Made by a program: the position numbers and the translations under genes
Shown: piece by piece, positions 1 to 9,059 of the stretch
Numbering within the stretch: the stretch's first letter is position 1
Layout of the letters: each line of letters begins with the position of its first letter
Notes under the pieces: generated by a model
Told to the model about the DNA's origin: nothing
The model's database searches: none
Seen by the model: only the letters and a program-made list of their open reading frames with translations
Assembly (NCBI GenBank): GCA_026417035.1
Contig: JAOAEA010000007.1
Span: forward strand, 9,652-73,651
DNA from: Burkholderiales bacterium
GTDB lineage: Bacteria > Pseudomonadota > Gammaproteobacteria > Burkholderiales > SG8-39
Length of the DNA stretch: 64,000 nt
Direction: 5' to 3'

Positions 1-1449
1 GACATCGACGCTTTCGCGTCGCCCTTCGTGGCCCTGGGCGGCGAGATCCAGCATTTCGTCACGGGCTTGCGCGCCTGGCTCGCTGAACCCGGTGGCGCCG
101 TCGAGGACGAGAAGTCGATCCTCGTCTTCGTCGCACAGTGCGAGGAGGTGGCGAAGCGCGCCCGCCGGACGGCCGCGCGCGAGGGCGCGACGCTCGCGCT
201 CACGTATCTCCTCACCCGCATCGAGCAGAGCCTCGGGCGCATCGCGCTGCTCGCCGGGCTGCTCGGGACGGTGCTCCGGCGCGCCGGGGAGCGCGACCTC
301 GTGGGCGCCTGGACCGCGTTCTTCCGCGACGCGGCGCTCGGCATCATGCGCCGCGATTCGGTGCGCGAGCAGCTCCGCGGCCAAGTGGGCCTGCTCGCGC
401 TGCGCGTCACCGAGAACGCCGGCCGGGTCGGCGAGCACTACATCGCCGCGACGCGCGCGGAGTACCGGGGCATGTGGCGCTCGGCGGCGGGCGCGGGGCT
501 GCTGATCGCGCCGATGGCGCTCCTCAAGATCCTCGTCGCGAAGCTCGCGCTCGCGCCGCTCAACCATGCCTTCGCGGTGAGCCTGAACTACGGCCTGGGT
601 TTCGTGCTGATCCACATGCTGCACTTCACGATCGCGACGAAGCAGCCCGCGATGACGGCGGCGACGATCGCGCACGCGGTGAGCGAAGTGCGCGGCCGCG
701 TGCGCGACCTCGGCGCGCTCGCGAACCTCGTGACCGACGCGTTCCGCAGCCAGGTCGCGGCGATCCTCGGCAACGTGCTCGTCGCGCTGCCCACGGCGCT
801 CGTGCTCGGCTTCTGGCTGTCGCGCTGGCTCGGGCATCCGGTGGTGTCGCCCGAGAAGGCCTTCCACCTCCTCGCCGACCTGGAGCCCTTCGGCAGCCTG
901 ACGCTCTTCTACGCGGCCACGGCGGGGGTCTATCTCTTCCTCGCGGGCCTGATCTCGGGGTGGGTCGACAACCACGCGGCGTACAGCCGCTTCCGCGAGC
1001 GCGTCGCGGCGCTGCCCTGGCTGCGCTCGCTCCTCGGCGCCGCGCGCGCGGAGCGCTTCGCGGGCTGGCTCGACGCCAACGCCGGCGGCCTCGCCGGGAA
1101 TTTCCTCTTCGGCGTCATGCTCGGCGCGACCGCCACGGTCGGGCAGCTCTTCGGCCTCCCGCTCGACATCCGGCACATCGCGTTCTCGTCGGCGAACTTC
1201 GGCTATGCGCTCGTCGCGCTCGACTTCGCGCTGCCGTGGCAGACCTACGCGTGGAGCCTCGCCGGGATCGCGCTGATCGGCTTCACCAACCTGACCGTGA
1301 GCTTCGCGCTCGCCCTCTGGGTCGCGCTGCGCTCGCGCGGCATCCTCCTCGACTTCCGGCAGGCGCGGAGCCTCGGCGGGGCGCTGTGGCGCAAGCTCCG
1401 ATCCGAGCCCGCCGCGTTCTTACTGCCGCCACGCGCGCAGGCGGAATGA
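1..1449 (+). CDS. 'Site-specific recombinase' Gcr-family integral membrane protein (5'-truncated by window edge)
   Basis: Frame open from base 1; motifs GEHYIA, LNYGLGFVLIHMLHFTIATKQPAMTAA, FGLPLDIRHIAFSS and many TM helices. Confidence 0.85.
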   Translation, partial: DIDAFASPFVALGGEIQHFVTGLRAWLAEPGGAVEDEKSILVFVAQCEEVAKRARRTAAREGATLALTYLLTRIEQSLGRIALLAGLLGTVLRRAGERDLVGAWTAFFRDAALGIMRRDSVREQLRGQVGLLALRVTENAGRVGEHYIAATRAEYRGMWRSAAGAGLLIAPMALLKILVAKLALAPLNHAFAVSLNYGLGFVLIHMLHFTIATKQPAMTAATIAHAVSEVRGRVRDLGALANLVTDAFRSQVAAILGNVLVALPTALVLGFWLSRWLGHPVVSPEKAFHLLADLEPFGSLTLFYAATAGVYLFLAGLISGWVDNHAAYSRFRERVAALPWLRSLLGAARAERFAGWLDANAGGLAGNFLFGVMLGATATVGQLFGLPLDIRHIAFSSANFGYALVALDFALPWQTYAWSLAGIALIGFTNLTVSFALALWVALRSRGILLDFRQARSLGGALWRKLRSEPAAFLLPPRAQAE

Positions 1450-1502
1450 AGGTCGCGCCCGCGCCCGCCGCGCGACGCCACGACGAGGCAGGAGGGGCGC
1501 GA

Positions 1503-1988
1503 TCAGTGGTGGTGCCCGCCCGGGCCGTGCGCGTGGCCGTGCGCGATCTCCTCGGGCGAAGCCGGCCGGACGTCGAGCACGGTGGCACGGAACTCGATCG
1601 GCTGGCCGGCGAGCGGGTGATTCGCGTCGAGCGTCACCTCGTGCTCGGCGAGCTTGACCACCCGGAACACCACCGGATGCGCGTGGTCGCCATGCCGCAT
1701 CTCGCCCTCGAACTGCATCCCCACCCGGATCTTGCCCGGGAATTTCGAGCGCGGCTCGCGGCGCACCAGCTCCGGATCGCGCGGCCCGAACGCATCCTCG
1801 GGCGCGAGGCGCACGCGGATCCGGTCGGCGGGCGCCTTGCCCTCGAGCTCCGCCTCGACGCGCGGAAACATGCCGCCGTGGCCGCCGTGCAGGTAGACGA
1901 GCGGCTCGCCGGCCCGCTCGACTGCATTGCCCTCCCCGTCGAAGATCTCGTACTTGAGCGTCACGACGGCATTGCGGATGATCTTCAT
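1503..1988 (-). CDS. slyD: FKBP-type peptidyl-prolyl isomerase SlyD with His-rich tail
   Basis: YLHGGHGG, LAPEDAFG, LDANHPLAG, C-terminal HGHAHGPGGHHH; ATG at 1988 preceded by GGAGAGG. Confidence 0.9.
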   Translation of the reverse strand: MKIIRNAVVTLKYEIFDGEGNAVERAGEPLVYLHGGHGGMFPRVEAELEGKAPADRIRVRLAPEDAFGPRDPELVRREPRSKFPGKIRVGMQFEGEMRHGDHAHPVVFRVVKLAEHEVTLDANHPLAGQPIEFRATVLDVRPASPEEIAHGHAHGPGGHHH

Positions 1989-2068
1989 GGCCTCTCCGGT
2001 CGCGGCCGCGGGCACCGCGCGGCCAGGGCGCGATAATAGCCGGGCCGCCCGACGGAGAGGGAGCGCCC

Positions 2069-2551
2069 GTGAAACGCCTCGAAAGGATCGCGCTGATGCT
2101 CGGATTGCTCGCTTCGCTCATTGGCTGCGACGCCGGGATGGATCGTCTGCAGCCCGGCGTCTCCAGCCTCGCCGACGTCCTCGCGGTGATGGGCGCGCCC
2201 TCGGCCGAGTGGCGGGAACCCGACGGCGCGACCACCTACGAGTTCACGCGCCAGCCCGAGGGCGTCGTGAATTACACGGCAACGGTGGGACCGGACGGCA
2301 TCCTGCGCGCGCTCGAGCAGACTCTCACCGAGCAGCGCTTCGCGCGGGTCGCGCCCGGCATGACGAAGGACGAGATCCGCAGGCTCCTCGGCCAGCCGGC
2401 CCAACGCGTCCCGTTCGCGCTCAAGCAGGAGGAGACCTGGTCGTGGCGCTACCAGCCCGAGCCGGGACGCCAGATGTGGTTCAACGTCAACTTCGATCCC
2501 TCGGGCAAGGTCGTTTCGACCTCGCGCAGCCCGGCCGACACGACCGCTTAG
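2069..2551 (+). CDS. Lipoprotein with tandem BamE/SmpA-like domains
   Basis: Lipobox-like LIGC; two repeats (LQPGVSSLADVLAVMGAP / VAPGMTKDEIRRLLGQP) ending W-x-Y...FNVNFD. Confidence 0.7.
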   Translation: MKRLERIALMLGLLASLIGCDAGMDRLQPGVSSLADVLAVMGAPSAEWREPDGATTYEFTRQPEGVVNYTATVGPDGILRALEQTLTEQRFARVAPGMTKDEIRRLLGQPAQRVPFALKQEETWSWRYQPEPGRQMWFNVNFDPSGKVVSTSRSPADTTA

Positions 2552-2712
2552 GGAGCGTCCGAGCAGAAGAGGGACAGGTCCTCCTTCGACCGCCTGTGCC
2601 AGGCGGACCGCTGATCCGTCTGGCGAACGGATCGGAGCTTCCCGAGGAGAAGGCTGCGCGACCGGCGGGATTGCTACGGGTCCCATGCGTGCAGGGAAGT
2701 CCGGACGCGCTC
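2549..2712. repeat. Structured ~160-bp intergenic element (MITE/REP-like)
   Basis: Starts TAGGGAGCGTCCGAGCAGAAGAGGGACAGGTCCTCC, resembling copies at 35744 and 37652; internal hairpins CCGCCTG-TGC-CAGGCGG and GATCCGT-CTGGCGA-ACGGATC; CGGACGC at 2702 is complementary to the 5' end. Confidence 0.5.
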
Positions 2713-2858
2713 GGCGAGGCCCCTTCCCCCACCCGATCCGCGGACGCGCCGAGCGGGCCTACCCGTCGATCGGCGCTTCTTCCGCGGCGTTCGCGGCGCA
2801 TGCGTCCTTTCCCCCGCACGGCGGGACGCGCTACAGTGGGCCTCGAAGGGGGTGGCCG

Positions 2859-5288
2859 ATGGCAGGAATCCGGAAGATCCCGGCGAGCGCCGGGCATAGC
2901 GCTGCGTTCGCGGCCTACCTCTTCGCCTGCGCCTGCGCCTGCGCTGGCGCGGCGCCGGCGCTCGCAGCGACCTCATGGTCCACGGCGGAGTTCGTCCTGT
3001 CGGGGGACCCGGTTCCCCCTGCCCCCTCGGCGCGCTGGGAACGCCAGCCGCTCCCGGACGACTGGCGCAAGAGCCGCCCCGACGCGGCGACCGCGGGCTG
3101 GTACCGGTTCCTGCTGCCGATCTCGTCGGCGCCCGACGAGCCGCACGCGCTTTACATCCCGCTCGTCGGCGTCGAGGCGGCGGTGTTCGTGAACGGCGAG
3201 CGCATCGGCGACACCGGCCCGCCGGCCGAGTCCGCACGCAGGACCTGGAAGCAGCCACAGCTTTTCACCATTCCGCCAGCGCTGCTGCGTGCGGGCGACA
3301 ACGTGGTCCACGTGCGGGTGCGCGGCGACATCGATCGCCGCGGCAGCAACGAGGCCTGGTCGTGGAGCGGGCTGGGCGGCCCCGTGGCGTTCGGTACCGA
3401 CGACGAGTTGCGGCCGCGCTACCGGAACCGAGTGGCCTGGCAGGTCGTCACCCCGATCGCGCTCGCCGGCGCGATCGGGCTCACCGGCCTCTTTTTCATC
3501 GTGCTCTGGGCGCAGCGGCGCGGCGAGACGATCTACGGGCTGTTCGGCGCCGCGGCGCTGCTGTGGGCCGCGCGCACGCTCTCGGACCTGACGCTGCACC
3601 GGATCGTCCCGCCCCCGCACTGGGAAATCTGGCTGACGGTCGCCTATGCGCTGTACGCGACCATGCTCTGCAAGTTCGCGCTGCGCTTCGCCGGCGCGTC
3701 CTGGCCGCGGACGGAAGGCTTCTTCGTCGCGTTCGTGGCGGCCTCCCCGGTCGCCCTCTACGTCGCCGCGTGGGCGCAGGCCGGCGCCGTCGCGGGCCGG
3801 GCGGTCCTGCTCGTCGTCCTGGTCCTCGTCGCCGCGGTCGCATTCGCCGTGGTACGCGCCGCCTGGTGGCAGCGCAGCCTCGGCATCACGTTGATGGCGC
3901 TCACCGGCGTGGTGTCGTTCGTCTTCGCGCTCCACGACTGGATCGCCGTGACGCGCGCCGAGTGGTTCGACAACGTCCGCCTCGTCCCGTACTCGGCGAT
4001 CCTCTTCATCAGCATCGCCGGGTGGCTCCTGTTGCAGCGCTTCGCGCAGTCGACCGAGGCGCTCGAGCGCCTCAACGTGGAGCTCGACCGCCGGGTGGCG
4101 GAGAAGAGCGCCGCGCTGCAGTCGAACCTCGAGGCGCTCGCGCGCGCGAAAGCCGAGGCCGAGGCGGCGAACCAGGCGAAATCGCGCTTCCTCGCGGCTG
4201 CGAGCCACGACCTGCGCCAGCCGCTGCACGCGATCGGGCTCTTCGGTGCCGCGCTCGACCTGCGCGCGAAGGCGCCCGACCTGCGCGGGCTGGTGGCCAA
4301 GCTGAACGCTTCGATCGCCGCGCTCGACGACCTCGTGAACGAGCTCCTCGACGTCTCGAAGCTCGATGCGGGCGCCGACCGTCCGGAGCCGCGCGACGTG
4401 CCGGTGCAGGCGCTCCTCGACCGGCTCGCGCTCGACTTCGGGCCGCTCGCCGCCGAGAAAGGCATCCGGCTGCGCGTCCGGCCCTCGCGCGAGACGGCGC
4501 ACACCGACCCGGCGCTGCTCGAGCGCCTCCTGCGCAACCTGGTGTCGAACGCCGTCCGCTACACCGAGCGCGGCGGCGTGCTGGTCGCCTGCCGGCGCCG
4601 CGGCGACGCGCTCGCGCTCGAGGTCTGGGACACGGGGGTGGGCATCGCGCCCGCCGACCGGGAGCGCATCTTCGAGGAGTTCTACCAGGTCGGCAACGCG
4701 GAGCGTGACCGCAGCAAGGGCAGCGGGCTCGGGCTCGCGATCGTGCGGCGGATCGCCGCACTCCTCGGCGCGCGCGTAGCCCTGCGCTCGACGCCGGGGC
4801 GCGGCTCGGTGTTCTCGGTGCGCGTCGCGCGCGGCGGACCGGGCGCGCTGCGGGCCGTGGCTGCGCGGGGCGTCGCCCCGGAGCGCGCGGCGCGGCGGAT
4901 CGTCGCCGTCGTCGAGGACGACCGCGTCGTGCGCGAGGCGATGACGACGCTCCTCGCCGAGCGCGGACACCGCGTCATCGCCGGCGCGTCGCTCGAGGAA
5001 GTGCGCCGCGCCCTCGCGGCCGCCGGCGCCCGCCCCGAGCTCGTGATCGCGGACATGCGCCTGCCGGGCGGTGCGACCGGCGTCGAGGCGGTGCGCGCGC
5101 TGCGGGGCGCTTTCGGACCCGAGCTCCCGGCGCTCATCGTGACCGGCGAGACCGCGCGCGACCTCGTCGCCGAAGCCGTCGCGAGCGGCATCCCGCTGCT
5201 GCGCAAACCGGTGTCGCCCGGGCGGCTCATCGAGGAAGTGGACCGCCTCGCGGCCCGCAGCGAATCCACCGCGCCGACGTCCGCGTGA
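2859..5288 (+). CDS. Hybrid sensor histidine kinase/response regulator with 7TM-DISM-like input
   Basis: Signal-like N-terminus, beta-sandwich (GWYR...VFVNGERIG...LLRAGDNVVHVRV), about 7 TM, H-box ASHDLRQPL, NAVRYT, DTGVGI, GSGLGL, receiver VEDD...ADMRLP...LRKP; start codon uncertain. Confidence 0.9.
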   Translation: MAGIRKIPASAGHSAAFAAYLFACACACAGAAPALAATSWSTAEFVLSGDPVPPAPSARWERQPLPDDWRKSRPDAATAGWYRFLLPISSAPDEPHALYIPLVGVEAAVFVNGERIGDTGPPAESARRTWKQPQLFTIPPALLRAGDNVVHVRVRGDIDRRGSNEAWSWSGLGGPVAFGTDDELRPRYRNRVAWQVVTPIALAGAIGLTGLFFIVLWAQRRGETIYGLFGAAALLWAARTLSDLTLHRIVPPPHWEIWLTVAYALYATMLCKFALRFAGASWPRTEGFFVAFVAASPVALYVAAWAQAGAVAGRAVLLVVLVLVAAVAFAVVRAAWWQRSLGITLMALTGVVSFVFALHDWIAVTRAEWFDNVRLVPYSAILFISIAGWLLLQRFAQSTEALERLNVELDRRVAEKSAALQSNLEALARAKAEAEAANQAKSRFLAAASHDLRQPLHAIGLFGAALDLRAKAPDLRGLVAKLNASIAALDDLVNELLDVSKLDAGADRPEPRDVPVQALLDRLALDFGPLAAEKGIRLRVRPSRETAHTDPALLERLLRNLVSNAVRYTERGGVLVACRRRGDALALEVWDTGVGIAPADRERIFEEFYQVGNAERDRSKGSGLGLAIVRRIAALLGARVALRSTPGRGSVFSVRVARGGPGALRAVAARGVAPERAARRIVAVVEDDRVVREAMTTLLAERGHRVIAGASLEEVRRALAAAGARPELVIADMRLPGGATGVEAVRALRGAFGPELPALIVTGETARDLVAEAVASGIPLLRKPVSPGRLIEEVDRLAARSESTAPTSA

Positions 5289-5564
5289 ACCGCCGCGCGC
5301 GGCGCGCGCGGCTGGACGCGGGGATTCATCCCGTTGTCATCTGCCGCCTCTAGTCTGCGCGCGCACTCGTGACGCACGACCGGAGGCCGCCCTGCAGCGC
5401 ACGTTCGCCGACTGGATGCACGAGACGCCCCGAGGCGCGATCCGCGCCGGCTGCGTCTGCAACGCCTGCCGGGAGGCGCGCGACCGCGCTCCGGCGTCCC
5501 GGCCGCCCGCTCTCGCCGTCCTGCGTTTCGCCTTCGCTGCCCGCGCGCCCCACGGAGGATAGCG

Positions 5565-6407
5565 ATGCGCTCGGTCCGCTCGATCTTCCTCTCCGACATC
5601 CATCTCGGCAGCCGCGCCTGCCAGGCCGAGCGCCTGCTCGGATTCCTCAGGCACCACGAGGCCGAGAACATCTTCCTCGTCGGCGACATCATCGACTTCT
5701 GGGCGATGGCGCGGCGCGGCGTCTTCTGGTCGCGGGCGCAGAACACGGTGGTGCAGAAGATCCTCAAGCGCGCCCGCCACGGCGTGAACGTCGTGCTCGT
5801 TCCGGGCAACCACGACGAGGCGCTGCGCGAGTACTGCGGTGCGTCCTTCGGCGACATCCGGGTGGCGAACGAATACGTCCACACCGCCGCCGACGGCCGG
5901 CGCTACCTCCTGCTGCACGGCGACGAGTTCGACGTGGTCACGAAGTACCACCGCTGGCTCGCGCTAGCCGGCGACACCGCCTATGCGCTGGTGGTGCGCC
6001 TGAACGTGCTGCTATCGTGGGCGCGCCGCTCGCTCGGCATCCCCGGCTACTGGTCGCTCTCCGGTTACGCCAAGCGCAAGGTGAAGTCGGCGGTGAGCTT
6101 CATCTTCGACTTCGAGGAGTCGGTCCTGCGCAACGTGCGCGGCCGCGGTGTGGACGGGGTGATCTGCGGGCACATCCACGCCGCCGCGGTCCGCTCGGTG
6201 GACGGGCTCGCGTACATCAACTGCGGCGACTGGGTGGACAGCTGCACCGCCATCGTCGAGCATCAGGACGGCCGCATGGAGCTCGTCCACTGGAACCACG
6301 CGGCCGAACTCGCGGCGGCCGCCCTCGCCGCCGCGACCGGGCCGGTGCCGATGACACCGCGCGCGGTGGCCACGCCCCTCCCGCTACCCGAGCGCGAAGC
6401 GGCGTGA
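5565..6407 (+). CDS. Calcineurin-like metallophosphoesterase, UDP-2,3-diacylglucosamine hydrolase (LpxH-like) family
   Basis: SDIHLG, GDIID, PGNHD, LHGD, CGHIH, NCGDWV; GGAGG RBS. Confidence 0.88.
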   Translation: MRSVRSIFLSDIHLGSRACQAERLLGFLRHHEAENIFLVGDIIDFWAMARRGVFWSRAQNTVVQKILKRARHGVNVVLVPGNHDEALREYCGASFGDIRVANEYVHTAADGRRYLLLHGDEFDVVTKYHRWLALAGDTAYALVVRLNVLLSWARRSLGIPGYWSLSGYAKRKVKSAVSFIFDFEESVLRNVRGRGVDGVICGHIHAAAVRSVDGLAYINCGDWVDSCTAIVEHQDGRMELVHWNHAAELAAAALAAATGPVPMTPRAVATPLPLPEREAA

Positions 6408-6426
6408 CCCGCCGCCCGCGCGATGC

Positions 6427-6834
6427 TCACTCGCCGGTGAGCCGGCGCAGCAGCCGGCGGTCGCGCTTCGAGGGGCGGCCCTTCATCCCGAAGGCCGGAT
6501 CGGGATGCGCCTTGCGCGCCGCGACCTCGGCCTCGCGCGCGAGCCGGCTCGCCTCGGACTCCTCGTAGAGCGCGCGGGCGGCCGTCGCCGGCCCGCGGCG
6601 GTCGGCGAGGCGCCGCACCGTCACGACCCACTCCAGGCCGCCGGACAGGACACGGACCGCGTCGCCCGGGCGCACCTCGCGCGAGGGCTTCACCCGCGCG
6701 CCGTTCAGCTGCACCCGGCCCGCTTCCACCGCCTGCGCGGCTAGGCTGCGGGTCTTGAAGAAGCGCGCCGCCCAAAGCCACTTGTCGATTCGCAGACGCT
6801 CGGGCGCGCCTCCGGGGTTGCGGAACTCTTCCAT
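6427..6834 (-). CDS. hslR: Ribosome-associated heat shock protein Hsp15 (S4 domain)
   Basis: RIDKWLWAARFFKTRSLA, GRPSKRDRR. Confidence 0.9.
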   Translation of the reverse strand: MEEFRNPGGAPERLRIDKWLWAARFFKTRSLAAQAVEAGRVQLNGARVKPSREVRPGDAVRVLSGGLEWVVTVRRLADRRGPATAARALYEESEASRLAREAEVAARKAHPDPAFGMKGRPSKRDRRLLRRLTGE

Positions 6835-6894
6835 AACGGGGCGCGCCGAGTTTGCCATACCCTCGGCGAAAACCCCGGCGAAAAGGAGGATCGG

Positions 6895-7449
6895 ATGCAG
6901 CTCTTCGGCTCGTGCCACTGCGGCGCGGTGATGTTCTCGTTCCGGACGCGCACGCCCTACCCTTACATGCGCTGCTACTGCTCCATCTGCCGCAAGACGC
7001 AGGGGGGCGGCGGCTACGCGATCAACATCATGGGCGAGGCGCGCAGCCTCGAGGTGGTCGGCCGGGAAAGCCTCTCCGTCTACCGCGCGCGCATCTTCAA
7101 GGACGGGCGCCCCGGGCGCAGCCCGGCGAAGCGCCACTTCTGCTCGAAGTGTGGCAGCACCCTTTGGATCTGGGATCCGCGCTGGCCGGAGTCGATCTAC
7201 CCGTTCGCCTCGGCGATCGACTCGCCGCTGCCCAGGCCGCCGGAGAACGCGCACATCATGGTCGAGTACGCGGCGCCCTGGGTGGACGTCCCCGAGGGGC
7301 GGCGCGACACGCAGTTCGCGCGGTACCCCGACGAGTCGATCGCGCAGTGGCACGAGCGGCTCGGGCTCACCACGCCGCAGCCGGGCTCACCCGCCCGCGC
7401 GAAGGGCAACGGCGCCCGCAAGCGCGTCGCCGCCGCGCAGGGGGCCTGA
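6895..7449 (+). CDS. GFA (glutathione-dependent formaldehyde-activating/CENP-V) family Zn protein
   Basis: GSCHCGAV, CYCSICRK, RHFCSKCGS; GGAGG RBS. Confidence 0.85.
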   Translation: MQLFGSCHCGAVMFSFRTRTPYPYMRCYCSICRKTQGGGGYAINIMGEARSLEVVGRESLSVYRARIFKDGRPGRSPAKRHFCSKCGSTLWIWDPRWPESIYPFASAIDSPLPRPPENAHIMVEYAAPWVDVPEGRRDTQFARYPDESIAQWHERLGLTTPQPGSPARAKGNGARKRVAAAQGA

Positions 7450-7465
7450 GGCGCGGACCGCGCCG

Positions 7466-8677
7466 TCAGACCGGCGCCGCCGCGCCCGGCCGGCGGCTCA
7501 CCTGGAGCGCGGTCGGCACGGCGAGCAGCATGAGCAGCGTCGCGCCGGCGAACACCATCGTGGGCGCGCCGCGGTCGATCGCCAGGCCGAAGACGAGCGG
7601 CGCCACGAGACCGCCCAGGTCAAGGCCCGAGTAGACGAACCCGTAGACCTTGCCGCGCGACTCGACCGGAGCGATGCCGCGGATCAGGATGTCGCGCGAC
7701 GGGCCGATCATGCCGAGCGCGAAGCCCGCGGCCCCGGCCACGCCCGCGAGCAGCGCCGCCGGCACGGCGCCCGCGGCGAGCAGCACCGAAAGCCCCGCGG
7801 ACGCCGCGAGCCCGACGGCCGCGACCGCGCCGTGCCGTGCGGTGCGCGCGGCGATGAAGCCGCCCGCCAGGATGCCGAACGCGCCGCCGAGGAGGAACGC
7901 GGTGAGCGCCGTCGTCGCGGCCACCAGCGGCACGTCGTAGATCTTCACCATCGCCGTGGTGGAGAAGGTCTGGTAGCCGATCAAGGCCATCGCGTAGAGG
8001 AGGAAAAAGAGGAAGCCAGCCACGATGGCCGGGCTGGCGAGGAGCCGCATGTCGGCGGCGAGGCTCCGCGGCGCGGCCACGTGCTGCGCGTGCGCCGCGC
8101 GCGTCGCGAGCGCACGCTGCGACGCGAACACCGCCGTGAACGCGAGCCCGACGAGACCGGCGGCGACGAGCGCCCCGCGCCACCCGGCGACGGCAGCGAC
8201 GGCGACGCCGAACATCGGCGCGGCCGCCCAGCCGATGTTGCCGCCGATGCCGTGGACGCTGAAGGCGTGGCCGAGACGCGCGGGCGAGACCTTCGCATTG
8301 AGCAGCGCCAGGTCGGCGGGGTGGAACACGCTGTTGCCGAGGCCGGCGATCCCCGCCGCGACGATCAGGAAGGCGTAGGACGGCGCCGCGGCGTAGAGCA
8401 TGGTGCCGGCCGAGGCGGCCGCGAGCCCGAAGACGAGCACGTTGCGCGCCCCGAGCCGGTCGACGAAGAAGCCCGCGGCGGTCTGCATGATGCCCGACAC
8501 CGCGAAGTAAACCGCCATCACGACGCCGAGCTCGGCGTAGGTGGTGCCGAACTCCGTGCGCACGAGCGGGAAGAGCGGCGGCAGCGCGAGCTGGAAGAAG
8601 TGGCTCGTGCCGTGCGCGACGCCCACGAAGCCGATGGCGTGGGCGTCGTCGCGCAGCGAGGCCGGAGCCGTGGTCAC
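7466..8677 (-). CDS. MFS transporter (Fsr-like)
   Basis: About 12 TM; HGTSHFFQLALPPLFP, GFFVDRLGAR, GNSVFHPAD; GTG start inferred. Confidence 0.88.
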   Translation of the reverse strand: MTTAPASLRDDAHAIGFVGVAHGTSHFFQLALPPLFPLVRTEFGTTYAELGVVMAVYFAVSGIMQTAAGFFVDRLGARNVLVFGLAAASAGTMLYAAAPSYAFLIVAAGIAGLGNSVFHPADLALLNAKVSPARLGHAFSVHGIGGNIGWAAAPMFGVAVAAVAGWRGALVAAGLVGLAFTAVFASQRALATRAAHAQHVAAPRSLAADMRLLASPAIVAGFLFFLLYAMALIGYQTFSTTAMVKIYDVPLVAATTALTAFLLGGAFGILAGGFIAARTARHGAVAAVGLAASAGLSVLLAAGAVPAALLAGVAGAAGFALGMIGPSRDILIRGIAPVESRGKVYGFVYSGLDLGGLVAPLVFGLAIDRGAPTMVFAGATLLMLLAVPTALQVSRRPGAAAPV

Positions 8678-8706
8678 GGGAGCCGCGAGCCCATCCACAC
8701 CCGCCG

Positions 8707-9030
8707 TCAGCGGGTCGTGCCTTCCTGCCGCTGCGGCGGGCGGCCGGCCGCGCGCTCGCGGCAGGCGAGGATCACCTGCGAGCTCGGGCCGGGCGCCTCG
8801 TAGGCTTCCTGGATGACGCGGACCGCCCAGCCGCGCTCTTCGGGCGTCGCGTCGCGCCACTCCTTGCGCGCGAGCGTCTCGCGCACCGTCGTGTCGAAGG
8901 CGAAGCCCGTCTCCGCCATGCGCATCGCCGTCTGGCGCGTGCCGAAGAGCTGGGCGCAGAGCGCCTCGGTCTGCGCGAGCGCGCCGGCGGCCGGTGATCC
9001 GAGGGCCAGCAGGACGAGGAGACGGGTCAT
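8707..9030 (-). CDS. Small exported hypothetical protein (2 Cys)
   Basis: Signal peptide MTRLLVLLALGSPAAGALA; fills the gap between co-oriented genes. Confidence 0.6.
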   Translation of the reverse strand: MTRLLVLLALGSPAAGALAQTEALCAQLFGTRQTAMRMAETGFAFDTTVRETLARKEWRDATPEERGWAVRVIQEAYEAPGPSSQVILACRERAAGRPPQRQEGTTR

Positions 9031-9059
9031 GGGGAGCGGCGAGGGCGGGAGCCGGCCGA

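Noticed and set aside
1-1449. Integrase marking a mobile element boundary
   Set aside because: Family name only; the sequence is a membrane protein, and no att sites or cargo are visible
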